The notes below the pieces were generated by a model. The model worked only from the letters and a program-made list of their open reading frames with translations, was not told the DNA's origin and did not search any database. DNA of 64,000 bases from Nemertoderma westbladi (Eukaryota; Animalia; Xenacoelomorpha), in assembly GCA_032718475.1 (NCBI GenBank), contig JAUCBJ010008050.1, forward strand, positions 62,001-126,000, written 5' to 3'. The position numbers were made by a program, and so were the translations under genes. Below are positions 11,941 to 24,700 of the stretch, piece after piece. Numbering within the stretch: position 1 is the first letter of the stretch; each line of letters begins with the position of its first letter.

Positions 11941-14900
11941 ACAGAGGATTATAGGAGGACTGCGAATATCCGCGGGGCTGTCCAACTGGTCAGAGGGAAG
12001 GACATTGGTGCCATAAGCGGCCAAACGAGGAAACGTCGAGCCTACTCGGAAGATGGAAGAAGAACAGTGGAGTTCAGCCGGGAGGTCGAAATGAGATCTC
12101 ATGAGGGAGGACATTACGCTGAAGTCAAAAGAAGCGAGGAGGGACGAGGAAGTGTTGCTACGGGCAACCAGAGGGGAAGGACGGACAGTGAACCATTGAT
12201 AATTGAGATGGAGAAGGAGAGCCGGTGGGGTCGTACTCTGGGAGATTGCCATCGCCCCGGAGAAACACAACCTTGTGAAGTATACCACACACCGGGAGAG
12301 GGGTACAGAAGAAGACAGGAGAGGGGATCGGAGGGAAACTTCCCATCGAAACATAGCTGCCGATCGAGAATACGGTAGTCGTGGGGAGGAGTTCCCAGTA
12401 TGACTATAACATGCAGGGATACAATATATACCCAGGGGAGGGGGTTATTGCAGATAGGTGTATGGGCCCCAATATAATAACATCAACCCCAGTACCAAAC
12501 ATAACATCGGTGGGGGGGGGGGGGGGGGACAGGGTGACATTCCCCCATTACAGTATCAGCAATATACACAACCAAAAACAAGAACCCCAAACCCCTCAGA
12601 TCCAAACAAATCATGTGACACAGAGATATGAAGGGGAATGTTACCCCCGATGATATATCCAACCCAGGGATAGTCGACGGGCCCGATAGGTGAACCGCAC
12701 CCAACATCAAAGGAGCCTGTATCCCTACCATCGAGCGCGCTAGAAGTACAAGCGATGGGAATGTCAACACTCATCGATGCGCTGAAAACTAGAATTGAGC
12801 TGCCGCCAGTGGAGCCCTTCAATGGTATCGATGGTAGTAAGCCGGAGGAATATCTGCAATTCCGGTGTATGTACAGCAACGAAATCTTAACAAAAAACCT
12901 CACACAGGCGGAGTGCCTTAAATATCTACAAGTCTATACAGGAGGGCCAGCTTATGACATCGTGAGGCAATACCAAGGTATTGAAGGAGGATTCATGACT
13001 GCATGGCGAGCCCTGGACAGGGAATTCGGCCATCCTGCGAAGATTATCTGAGAAACCTTAAGGTGAATAACATCAGGCGGACTCGCAGACAACCCTGTTA
13101 GCATCAAAACCTTCGCTAACAAATTAGAAAAGGCGCCAATAGTATTAAAGACTCCAGATGCACCCTACGAACTCAATGCATCAAACAACATCACCACGAT
13201 AGCGCAGTCACTACCGATCTGGATGAGAAATAAGTGGGCTCTGGACCCTAAGAAGGGCAAACTAAGGATGGTGGTCGACGCATCGCCCAAGACTAACGGC
13301 AAGAGCCTGAATGACTACCTGCGGGAAGGCCCCAATATCTACAACTCGGGGATAGAGGTCCTGTTAAGATTTAGGAATGGAAAGCATGCCTTCACATGCG
13401 ATATAGAAGGCATGTTTAATCAGGTGCGAGTGACGGAGGAGGACAGCGATAGTCAGCGCTTCCTGTGGTACAACGGCGACGAAGAACCGTCGGAGATACC
13501 GATGTATAAGATGGTAGTGCAGAACATGGGGGCCAAGTCGTCCTCGTTCACTACGACTACAGCTGTGAGAGACATGGTGGAGGGCAAAGAGGGAGAATAC
13601 AGCGAGAAGGAGAAGACGATCGACATGATTCGATGCGGATTCTATGTGGACGATGGGATGGGATCTGGAAACATGGTTGAAGAGATACTCGACATAGGGC
13701 GCAAAGTTCGCGACATCCTAAAAGGATCGGGATTCAACCTCACAAAATTCCAGTCCAACTCTAAAGAATTTATGGAGGCCATAGAAGATAAACAACCAGA
13801 TGAGAAGATTAATAAACCTACGATGGTGAAGGGACAGATTATGGCGGACAAGAGGATGGCGTCACAGCAGAAAGCGCTAGGGATTGTATGGAACTGGGAG
13901 ACAGATAAATTGGAGTATCAACTAAGTCAGGAGGGTGCCGGGATCCATACTAAATGAGGCTATGTGTCATACATATCGCGGATTTACGATCCCCTAGGTC
14001 TAGCATCCCCGTTGTTAGTCACGGGGAAACAGATATTAAAGAAGGTCTATAAATTGAAAGATGACTGGGAAGCAGAGGTCCCAGTGGAGATAAGTAGATA
14101 ATGGGACAAATTAACAGGGAGCCTCGAGGAGATGGGGACATATAGTATGCCACGTGTGTACTTCCCGGATGGAGACATGACCGATTTGGAACTACATATG
14201 TTTTCCGATGCATCCTTGGAAGCATATAGAGCGGCACTTTATTTTGTACAGCGAAAGGGGGCTCATAAGCCCAGGCTTGCATTTAGTAAAGCAAGGTCGA
14301 CGCCACCAGATTCAGCATCAGTGCCGAAACTCGAGCTAGTGGCTGCGAGATTAGGAGTAAGGGCGACAGCATAATTGGTGGACACTATACCAAGTATTGT
14401 GGAGACGCACTACTGGACAGACTCCATGGTAGTGTTGGGATGGCTGCATAACGAAAAGACACGTTATCCCATATTTGTGGCGAATAGGGTGGATGAGATA
14501 AGAGAAACGACGGACATGGAGAAGTGGCACTACTGCCCAACTGACGATAATACAGCAGATGTGCTATCGAGGGGCGTTGTATGCCACGCTTTCTCGAGAA
14601 TGCAGGAGTTGTGGCAGAATGGTCCACACTTCCTTAACAATAAGTCGAGCTGGCCGCCGATGAGGAAGGTAGATCCAAGCAGAGAGGAAATGATATCGGA
14701 GGAGGAGGAGGGGGAGGAATCAGAGGGGGAAGAAATATATAGCCAATTAGCGAGGGAGGTTAAAGAAGCGCCACCACGATCAAAGCCGAGAGAGTCATGC
14801 ATACAGATAGGTTGCTCAGTTACAGCTCCAGCTGGTATAAGACTAAGAAGCTAGTAGCATATCTGAGGGCCTACGGAGAATTCCACAGGGGAGTTGGTAA

Positions 14901-16270
14901 GGATACCAAAACGAGACCCACCATTGATCTGGACGGGGCAGCTAAAGCCATGATACAATAGGAACAAAGGAAGGGATACGGAGACGAGGTAAACCGAGTC
15001 AGCAAGCAACAACGTCTTCGTCAAGACAGCGAGCTCAATGCGCTGTCGCCACAGTTGGGCAATGATGGGATCCTGGTGATGAATTCTAGGGTGATAAACA
15101 ACAACAGCCCTGTCATTCCACCAAAACCGATAATAATCCCCAACAAGTCACCAATGGTCCACCAGATTATATGGGATTTCCATAAGTCTATATTACATTG
15201 GGGTACCAACCAAACCCTGATGGAGATCCGGAAGACATTCTGGGTAATCCAACTCAGAAAGATGGTGATGGCGGTAGTGGGGCAGTGCCAGACCTGCCGA
15301 TGGACGAAGAAGGAGAGGGCAGTACAGGAGATGGCGCCATTACTGGCCAACAGGGTGAGGCATCATGACCCACCATTCACACACTGCGGCATGGACATGT
15401 TTGGGCCGATCAAGATAAAGGTGATGCGGTATACGGAGAAACGCTATGGCATTATCTTCGTCTGCAATAATACGAGGGCAGTGGGGATAGAACTAGCCCA
15501 GGACGCTACGGCGTCGGCATTTATTAATGCACCAGCAGAGGAGGAACAATAGAGGTATTGTACTCGGATAACGGGAGTAACTTTGTGGGCGCGGAGAACG
15601 AGTTAGTGGAGGCCCTTGACATCCTGGAGGGTGAAGATGTCAAGGCGGCAATGAGGAAACACCTAATCAGGTGGGAAAGGAGAACCCCATATGCGCCACA
15701 TACACTGGGATGTGTAGAGCGACTTGTGGGAAGCTACAAATGACTAATGACCAAGCTGATGAATAATCATATGGTCACAGAGGATGTACTGAGGACAGTG
15801 TTGGCGAAATGCGAGGGAATTATTAACAGTGGACCGCTGTATCCCAAGAACGACGCTCCAGAATCACTGGACGTCCTAACACCAGCACACCTACTGATGG
15901 AGAGACCAGCGACGATTGACATGCCAAGCGTGGATCCAGACGATATACATTCGCGTCAAAGCTGGAAGGTCGCTAAGGCGATAAGAGCAGAGTATTGGAC
16001 AAGGTGGATACAAGTGTACCTTCCAACATTACATAAGAGGAATAAATGGAGGAATAGCCAAAGGGAACTAAAGAAGGGTGACTTGACGATACGATGATAC
16101 GATTATCAACAACCACTGGAGATTGGCTGGGGTAGTAGAAACCTACCCCGACGAAGATGGAAGAATTAGATCCGTGGAAGTGAGGATCGGAGGAAAGATA
16201 GGGGCCAAAGATAGGAAGACCTACAGGAGGGCGGTAGGAAAGTGTTGACTATTGGAAGGGTCGCCGTAGA
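11690..16270 (+). mobile_element. Decayed BEL/Pao LTR retrotransposon internal region (gag remnant, RT, RNase H, integrase)
   Basis: Gag DUF1759-like LKYLQVYTGGPAYDIV; RT LRMVVDAS/DIEGMFNQV/FYVDD; ELHMFSDAS; YWTDSMVVLGW; integrase H..H..C..C, DMFGP, SDNGSNF; many stops; zinc knuckle and protease deleted near 13240. Confidence 0.95.
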
Positions 16271-16317
16271 GTTGAGTAGTCCAATATATTGGACTGAGGG
16301 GGGGGGGGGGGTGGGAA

Positions 16318-16984
16318 TGTGGGCGAGACGCCCTTCCCACAAATAAAAATAAAAATAAATAAAATAATAAAATAAGTAGTTAGTACCAAGGTACGCTGTA
16401 GGCATAATATACAAGTGTAGGTAGTTACAATTACGTACGTCGGATGGGTACAATAATGTACCAACGTACCTAATTTACATACGCACTACTTGTGGGCACT
16501 GAGGACGCCACGTGAGGAGTTAAAGGGGGGGTATGTATGCATACTGTAAAAGAAGGGTACACAGTACCGTAAACTTGTGGGCACTGAGGGCGCCACGTGA
16601 GGAATTGAGGGGGGGTATGTACGCATACCGTAGTTGAGTGGTACATAGTACCGTACACTTGTGGGCACTGAGGGCGCCACGTGAGGAATTGAGGGGGGGG
16701 GGGGCATCAGATGGCAGATAGTATAATAGCACATGTTGGGGGGAATATAAATAGTAATAAACTTAAGAAAAAATTGGCACAACTGAAGGGAACATTCATA
16801 TGAAACATAGAAAAAAAACAAGATAGGAGGAAGGCCATCACTGATTAAAACTAATTAAGACCATACTTAGTTGTCTCGTACCATACTGAGCCTTTCTAAG
16901 GCACCACCAGTCCAGTGAGAGAGGAGAATCGTGATGGCGGAGAAACCATGAAATGGACGATACCGGGAGTGACGAGTCATATCA
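16318..16984 (+). repeat. Probable 3' LTR of the BEL element, containing 3 x ~85-bp repeats (16485-16700)
   Basis: TGT directly after a G-rich polypurine tract downstream of integrase; 3' boundary uncertain; no matching 5' LTR seen. Confidence 0.5.
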
Positions 16985-17559
16985 CCTCCGAGTGGGGGGG
17001 TTAAGACACGTCATGTAGAAAAATAAATGTATCATGTCAAATTTCATGTAGAAAATATACGTACTATAGTCAAGACAACCTTTTTCCAATTAGCTACTGG
17101 GACTGGGGACTAATTGACTAGAACAGCAGAATGAGACTTTAGACAGATCTCACTGGCATGATGTACACATGCGTGGGACCCGATAAGAGTGTGGAGAGTG
17201 ACAACGAAAATGGGGGAATGGGGGAAGTATGGGGAGGAGGTGTTAGGGTGTGAGGAAGTGAAAGAAGTGCGAGATTCAAGTGTGGGGAGCGAGCATTGAG
17301 GGGGATGAGTCCCAAGGGACTGGCAAGAGAGGAAGGGACGATAAAGTCCGTGAGGAAAATTGTGTGAAGAGTGAGGGCGATCATCTAAAACAGAGACGCT
17401 AGATGCCTTGGTACAGCGTAGCTCGCAGATGTGCCAAGGATGGGTAGTGATAACAGACCCATGGTGGCCGGCCTGGAAAGCCGACCCCGAGAAAGAAAAT
17501 TCCACCCCACATCCAATATTAGATTGGATTACAGCAGAATTGAAGCGCACTTAAGGTTG

Positions 17560-18785
17560 ATGCTATCTTCTCACCGGGAAGATAGCATGGGGGGGAGTGT
17601 AAGCGGATTCAATTCTGCCCACTACCCACCGAAAATGGGATTAGTGGCATTTTACCAATATCGTTGGTGAGGTGACATTGCGATATATGGCGTTGTGTAC
17701 TAAAACGGCCCATCATACAGTATAGAGTAATTAGATAAGTTATATTGGTGTACAGCCGTCATTAGGTAGGGAAAATAAAATATACGAGTTCATTATATTC
17801 AACCGATTTTGTACAGTATGTAGTCTTACGTACGTAATTTTTATAATAAAACCTTAGCATATTAATTTACGGTGGCAAACTTTTAAAAAACATTAATACG
17901 AATTTGCCGTTTATTGATATTAATTGAACCAAATGTGTATTTGTATTAATTTCCTTTGTATTTCCCTACAAACTAATGTTATACTAAATTAACGCTAAAA
18001 ATGTGCTTTAATAATCGCGAAATTAATATTATGGCTATAGACCTATAAGCCCACTGAGACAGATTTATTCCCGTATATGGTAATGATTTGAGATTCCGAG
18101 AGGCAGGGAGCTATAATCCGGCCCTCTCATTGGTTTAGCTATTTAGTTTGGTTTAACAGTAGTAGGATTTTGTTGGACCAATGATATAGACATTGCGTCA
18201 TTCCTATTTTTTGTCATTAATCCTTATTAATCTTCATTAATGTTCTTAATCATTTCTTACAGTTTTTGTCATTGTGAATTATTAATTTTCCTACTGATTT
18301 TGTACTTCAGTTAATTGCAAATGCTGATTTCTGCTGTTATGCTTGCTTGATTATGACTTTGAACAATGATTACTGCTTAGACTGATTCTTGATTTCTTTA
18401 ATCTTTGCAATGTAGCAAATCCTTACAAAGATTTTCCTTTTCGACTATCAGACTGTTTGTTAATGCATGCGTGGATATGGTAATTGTTCGGTTTAGCATG
18501 CTAGGCTAAGGGTACCGGTAGGCGTCGTGGGCGCACTGTGGAAGCAACGGAAAGAGAGCGGAGGATCCAATGTGTGGCAACGCTGGCTGGGGCCAGTAGT
18601 AGCGGTCGGGCTAATCAGTTAGGGGACTGTGGACCGGTCGTCATTACAGCATTCGGGGGCTGATGATCCAGATTTCGTCTTGGCCTTGCAGTACTATGGT
18701 AGTATAGCGGGTTTAGCTAGGAAGACCTCATGTACCTTGGGTGGTCTTGAGCATTTACACTAGCGCTGCCACTATCTTGCCACTA
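17560..18785 (+). repeat. First copy of a tandem duplication covering the PPT and 5' half of the 3' LTR (LTR starts 17598)
   Basis: Near-identical to 18785-21440 once the piggyBac insertion is removed. Confidence 0.88.
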
Positions 18786-19148
18786 TGCTATCTTCTCACC
18801 GGGAAGATAGCATGGGGGGGAGTGTAAGCGGATTCAATTCTGCCCACTACCCACCGAAAATGGGATTAGTGGAATTTTACCAATATAGTTGGCGAGGTGA
18901 CATTGCGATATATGACGTTGTGTACTAAAACGGCCCATCATACAGTATAGAGTAATTAGATAAGTTATATTGGTGTACAGCCATCGTTAGATAGGGAAAG
19001 TAAAATATACAAGTTCATTATATTCAACCGATTTTGTACAGTATGTAGCCTTACGTACGTAACTTTTATAATAAAACCTTAGCATATTAATTTACGGTGG
19101 CAAACTTTTATAAAACATTAATACGAATTTGCTGTTTATTGATATTAA

Positions 19149-20586
19149 CCCCTTGAGACCGGGGGCTCAGACGTATGAGCCATGCTCATATGCGCGGGGG
19201 CTCATACGTATGAGCCATAGTATTAATGTTATTCTACCTTGTCTGGCGATGTCCCGGTGCTTACTGGCGGTGCATTTTTCAATTCCCCGTGCCTTAGACA
19301 CATTCTGCAGTAGGCCTAACACAGTACCGGTACCGGTTTTCGCTTACTTGCTTGCCTGTCAAGATAATCTATAGTTACTGTATAACAGTATAGCATATAA
19401 CATAGGCTGACACTATACACGCGTACTAATAACTGTGAAGCAATGGACAGCAGTGGTCGGCCAAGACGGACAGTAAAACCGGTGAAGTACTATGGGTTTA
19501 ACACAATGGACAGCGATAGCGAGGACGACATTGATCGCGAAGATGTTGAGAGTGTTGATACCGATACCAGCGACAGTTACGACAACGATGCGGAGTCAGA
19601 CGAGATTGAGGATCCACTTCCAACTCAACCGGGATCAGTTGGCGGTTCATCATCGCAATGGCAACCGACAGGACCATCTGTGGATCCGGGGTGGAAGTTC
19701 GTAACACCGGAGGAGGACCGCTATATGTCCGAGAATAATCCAATCCGGTTTATTGGCAATCCCGGCTGGAAGGGAGTTGATACTTCGGAGTTTAGTGAAC
19801 TGGATTACTTGAAGGTTTTCTTTCCAGATGTAGTTTTTTCTTCTCTGGCTGAATGGACCAATGTCAGATCGCGATTATATTTCGAACAGCAGGACTCCTC
19901 ACCCACAGATCCTGTAGACCCACAACCCAAAAAATCGCACATTATCAAGTGGCGGGATGTTTCTGTCGAGGAAATGAAGAAATTTATCGGGTTGACTCTG
20001 CTGATGGGTGATGGGTGCAATTCGTAAACCAAATATTAGATCTTATTGGACAACGTATGAGTTAGTATCGACCCCTTTGTTTAGTAGGGCCGATGCTATG
20101 AGTAGAGATAGATATCTTCAAATACTGAAATTCATTCGGTTTTCTAACCCTGAGACTGGATGTGGAAGACAGAAATACAAAATTTAAGGTTATAATCTAA
20201 TAAATATCATAATAAATAAATAAATAGAATAAATAAATGAATATACAGAATCAATAAATATTCTAAATAAATAACTAGAGTGCCGGTACCTAAATAAATA
20301 AATATTGTAATTGTAAAAAAATATGTCAGCTGATCTTGAGTATATTATATATAATTATTTATTTATATATATATAATATAATTAATTTATTATATTATAT
20401 ATAAATAAATAGTCGTATAATATATTTATATACTATAGGTAGACTTCCTTGCTCATTCTGAAGAATCTAAACCATTATTTACACAATGGCCAGGGTGCTA
20501 AAACATTTAACTTGAAAGTACAAATTTCTCTAAAATGTCCCGGCTCCTAGGGTGTATAATGGGGTTGTGTTCCCGGTCTTAAGGGG
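19149..20586 (+). mobile_element. Internally deleted piggyBac transposon
   Basis: TTAA TSDs (19145-19148, 20587-20590); TIR CCCCTTGAGACCGGG / CCCGGTCTTAAGGGG; empty TTAA site in the paralogous copy near 17920. Confidence 0.95.
19443..20160 (+). pseudogene. piggyBac transposase N-terminal remnant (frameshifted, DDD core missing)
   Basis: Acidic N-terminus, ELDYLKVFF..WTN, W.DVSVEEMKKFIGLTLLMG, then shifted KPNIRSYW..MSRDRYLQILKFIRF. Confidence 0.9.
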
Positions 20587-21785
20587 TTAATGGAACCAAA
20601 TGTGTATATATATTAATTTCCTTTGTATTTCTCTACAAACTAATGTTATACTAAATTAACACTAAAAATGTGCTTTAATAATCGCGAAATTATTATTATG
20701 GCTATAGACCTATAAGCCCACAGAGACAGATTTATTACCATATATAGTAATGATTTGAGATTCCGAGAGGCAGGGAGCTATAATCCGGCCCTCTCATTGG
20801 TTTAGCTATTTAGGTTGGTTTAATGGTAGTAGGATTTTAGTGGACCAATGATATAGACATTGCGTCATTCCTATTTTTTGTCATTAATCTTTATTAATCT
20901 TCATTAATGTTCTTAATCATTTCTTACAGTTTTTGTCGTTGTGAATTATTATTTCTGCTACTGATTTTGTACTTCCGTTAATTGCAAATGCTGATTTCTG
21001 CTGTTATGCTTGCTTGATTATGACTTTGAACAATGATTACTGCTTAGACTGATTCTTGATTTCTTTAATCTTTGCAATGTAGCAAATCCTTACAAAGATT
21101 TTCCTTTTCGACTATCAGATTGTTGTTAATGCATGCGCAGATATGGTAATTGTTTGCTTTAGCATGCTAGGCTAAGGTACCGGTAGGCGTCGCGGGCGTA
21201 CTGTGGAAGCAACGGAAGGAGAGTGGAGGATCCAATGTGGGGCAACGCTGGCGGGGGCCAGTAGTCGCGGTCGGGCTAATCAGTTAGGGGACCAGGGACC
21301 GGTCGTCATTATAGCATTCGGGGGCTGATGATCCAGATTTCGTCTTGGCCTTGCAGTACTATGGTAGTATAGCGGGTTTAGCTAGGAAGGCCTCATGTAC
21401 CTTGGGTGGTCTTGAGCATTTACACTAGCGCTGCCACTATCGCTGCCAATAGAGCTACCAGCGCTGCCACTAATGCTATTTTATGTTGTGTTGTTTAAGG
21501 AGTGCCTGATGCTTGATTGAAATGTTTAGATAGGCGCTATTCCTCTTGATTGTTTTCTATTTCTAAGCTTATGCTTATTAATTGCTGTTAGGTCAAAATA
21601 ATACAGTATTGAGGCTGTTGGTATTATAACTCAGTAACGTAATAAATTAGTAATACGTATTCTGGAATACTTAGTAATTAGTATGCAACTCTGTATTTTG
21701 AGACACTGTAATTTATTTAGCACTTACAGTAGAATAAAATTAAGAGCTTGTACGCTGCATAGCGGAGAATAGTTGGGTAAATTAC

Positions 21786-24700
21786 GTTTAGAAATACCTT
21801 AGAATATTCAACGCTAAGCGGTTATTTGAAAATAGCGGGTCAGCAGGCTGACAGTGGTAGTGAAAGTAGCGCAGTAGTAAACTCGCTGGCTTAAACCAGC
21901 GCAAGATCCAAGTTTTGACATTAGGGCAAATTAATATCAAATCCCGTTGCACACATATAAATATTCTCACATTCGACATTGTTTCACCCAGCAAACTGCC
22001 TATATTTCTCTATGGAAAGTGAACGCCGAGTGTTAAACCACCCGCACTCATATTAAGTAGCTTAGATAGCCAGTTCAGATTTATTGTTTTGGTTATTGCT
22101 GTTTGGCTTATAAACACGAACAGTTAGCTCTCTGTTGGGGTTCTGACAGAGAAAGGAGCGTGTGATTGACAGAGCCGTACATAGTTCGCAATAGTAAATG
22201 GTCGCGTCTCTACATAGTTCAACAGGTGAGATTACCAATAATAATCTCACCTCATAACCAACTGGGGCGACACACGCCGTAAGCCACAGAGAGAGGTGAG
22301 AGGTCAAACCACCCCAGAGGTACAAACAAGCTAGTAAGGCTAGCACACAAGGGACAAGGGCAACAGGGAGTGGCAAGGTGAGAATTAATCAGGTTAAGCT
22401 CATAGTGGGCGGGAAAGCACATTGGGGGTGAATAGAGCGCATCTATTGGATATTCAGGCCACCCTGTAGTGTAGGGCTAATGTAATATGTGTCAATGATA
22501 TAACCTTTGTGATTGTTGATTATTAGTTTAGTTTGTTTCCTTACAGTTGTGAGCCCGGAATAGTTTTGACCGTCGTCACTAACGTTGTGTTGCATGCTAT
22601 TATATTCAGGCTGTGCTATTATCAATTACTGTCATTATTAACACTTAGTTATTCAGTAACTCAATTATTTTGAACGGCCTTCGGCCTAATATATCCAGTG
22701 AACGGCTTAGCAGCCCACGGACGCGGAGACGCGTACATCACACATCGGTCGGGATCTATACTGCGAACTCGAAGGTCCCGTCACAATCTAACCAACTGGC
22801 ACGATTGGTCTTAACCCTATTAGTACCGGGCTATAAAATGTTGTACAAATACCGGGAGGGGGTCATATTGACCCCCCCCCCCCCCCCCCCACCCAATTTC
22901 AAAATTTGAAAGTTACATTTTACGGCTAATTGTTTTTCAATACAGGTTTTCTGGGGCGCAAAATACATTGGAAAATTTTTAAAAATGATATGATTACTAT
23001 AAATGGCTGTTTAGTCCTCTCTTCGTAGGAAAAAAATGAAAAAAAAAAGTAACCAGCACTTTTCAGTTAGAACACAAAATTTTTAATTCACTTATACGAT
23101 GCTATAAATTCACATTTATAGGTTTTCTAAGGCGCTGATTCTAATGGAATACATTTCTAATATGCCAAATCATTGATACTTGTATTTTTCGGCGTAATTT
23201 GGGAAATTTTGGTGCTAGCACCAAATTTCGTACCCATCACCAAAAAGTACAAGTTTGCGATGTCCAGTGCTGTTTTTATTGATTCCATCGGATTCAGGAC
23301 CCTCATAAACCCGTATAATGCAAGAAACAAGATGGTTTAGAAATACCTTAGAATATTCAACGCTAAGCGGTTATTTGAAAATAGCGGGTCAGCAGGCTGA
23401 CAGTGGTAGTGAAAGTAGCGCAGTAGTAAACTCGTTGGCTTAAACCAGCGCAAGATCCAAGTTTCGACATTAGGGCAAATTAATATCAAATCCCGTTGCA
23501 CACATATAAATATTCTCACATTCGACATTGTTTCACCCAGCAAACTGCCTGTATTTCTCTATGGAAAGTGAACGCCGAGTGTTAAACCACCCACACTCAT
23601 ATTAAGTAGCTTAGATAGCCAGTTCAGATTTATTGTTTTGGTTATTGCTATTTGGCTTATAAACACGAACAGTTAGCTCTCTGTTGGGGTTCTGACAGAG
23701 AAAGGAGCGTGTGATTGACAGAGCCGTACATAGTTCGCAATAGTAAATGGTCGCGTCTCTACATAGTTCAACAGGTGAGATTACCAATAATAATCTCACC
23801 TCATAACCAACTGGGGCGACACACGCCGTAAGCCACAGAGAGAGGTGAGAGGTCAAACCACCCCAGAGGTACAAACAAGCTAGTAAGGCTAGCACACAAG
23901 GGACAAGGGCAACAGGGAGTGGCGAGGTGAGAATTAATCAGGTTAAGTTCATAGTGGGCGGGAAAGCACATTGGGGGTGAATAGAGCGCATCTATTGGAT
24001 ATTCAGGCCACCCTGTAGTGTAGGGCTAATGTAATATGTGTCAATGATATAACCTTTGTGATTGTTGATTATTAGTTTAGTTTGTTTCCTTACAGTTGTG
24101 AGCCCGGAATAGTTTTGACCGTCGTCACTAACGTTGTGTTGCATGCTATTATATTCAGGCTGTGCTATTATCAATTACTGTCATTATTAACACTTAGTTA
24201 TTCAGTAACTCAATTATTTTGAACGGCCTTCGGCCTAATATATCCAGTGAACGGCTTAGCAGCCCACGGACGCGGAGACGCGTACATCACACACCGGTCG
24301 GGATCTATACTGCGAACTCGAAGGTCCCGTCACAATCTAACCAACTGGCACGATTGGTCTTAACCCTATTAGTACCGGGCTATAAAATGTTGTACAAATA
24401 CCGGAAGGGGGTCAAATTGACCCCCCCCCCCCCCCCCCCCCCAATTTCAAAATTTGAAAGTTACATTTTACGGCTAATTGTTTTTCAATACAGGTTTTCT
24501 GGGGCGCAAAATACATTGGAAAATTTTTAAAAATGATATGATTACTATAAATGGCTGTTTAGTCCTCTCTTCGTAGGAAAAAAATGAAAAAAAAGTAACC
24601 AGCACTTTTCAGTTAGAACACAAAATTTTTAATTCACTTATACGATGCTATAAATTCACATTTATAGGTTTTCTAAGGCGCTGATTCTAATGGAATACAT

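Larger units (their letters stand above)
7224..22785 (+). mobile_element. LTR retrotransposon-derived composite with 5-bp TSD ATCTA
   Basis: Begins TGTAAGCGG and ends CCCGTCACA; ATCTA at 7219-7223 and 22786-22790; removing it restores the RTE frame KTNRASWLDGVPPEVFK; polypurine tract GGGGGGGAG before the 3' LTR. Confidence 0.82.
18823..22785 (+). repeat. Complete long 3' LTR (~2.5 kb excluding the nested piggyBac)
   Basis: PPT followed by TG..CA termini and the ATCTA TSD. Confidence 0.82.
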
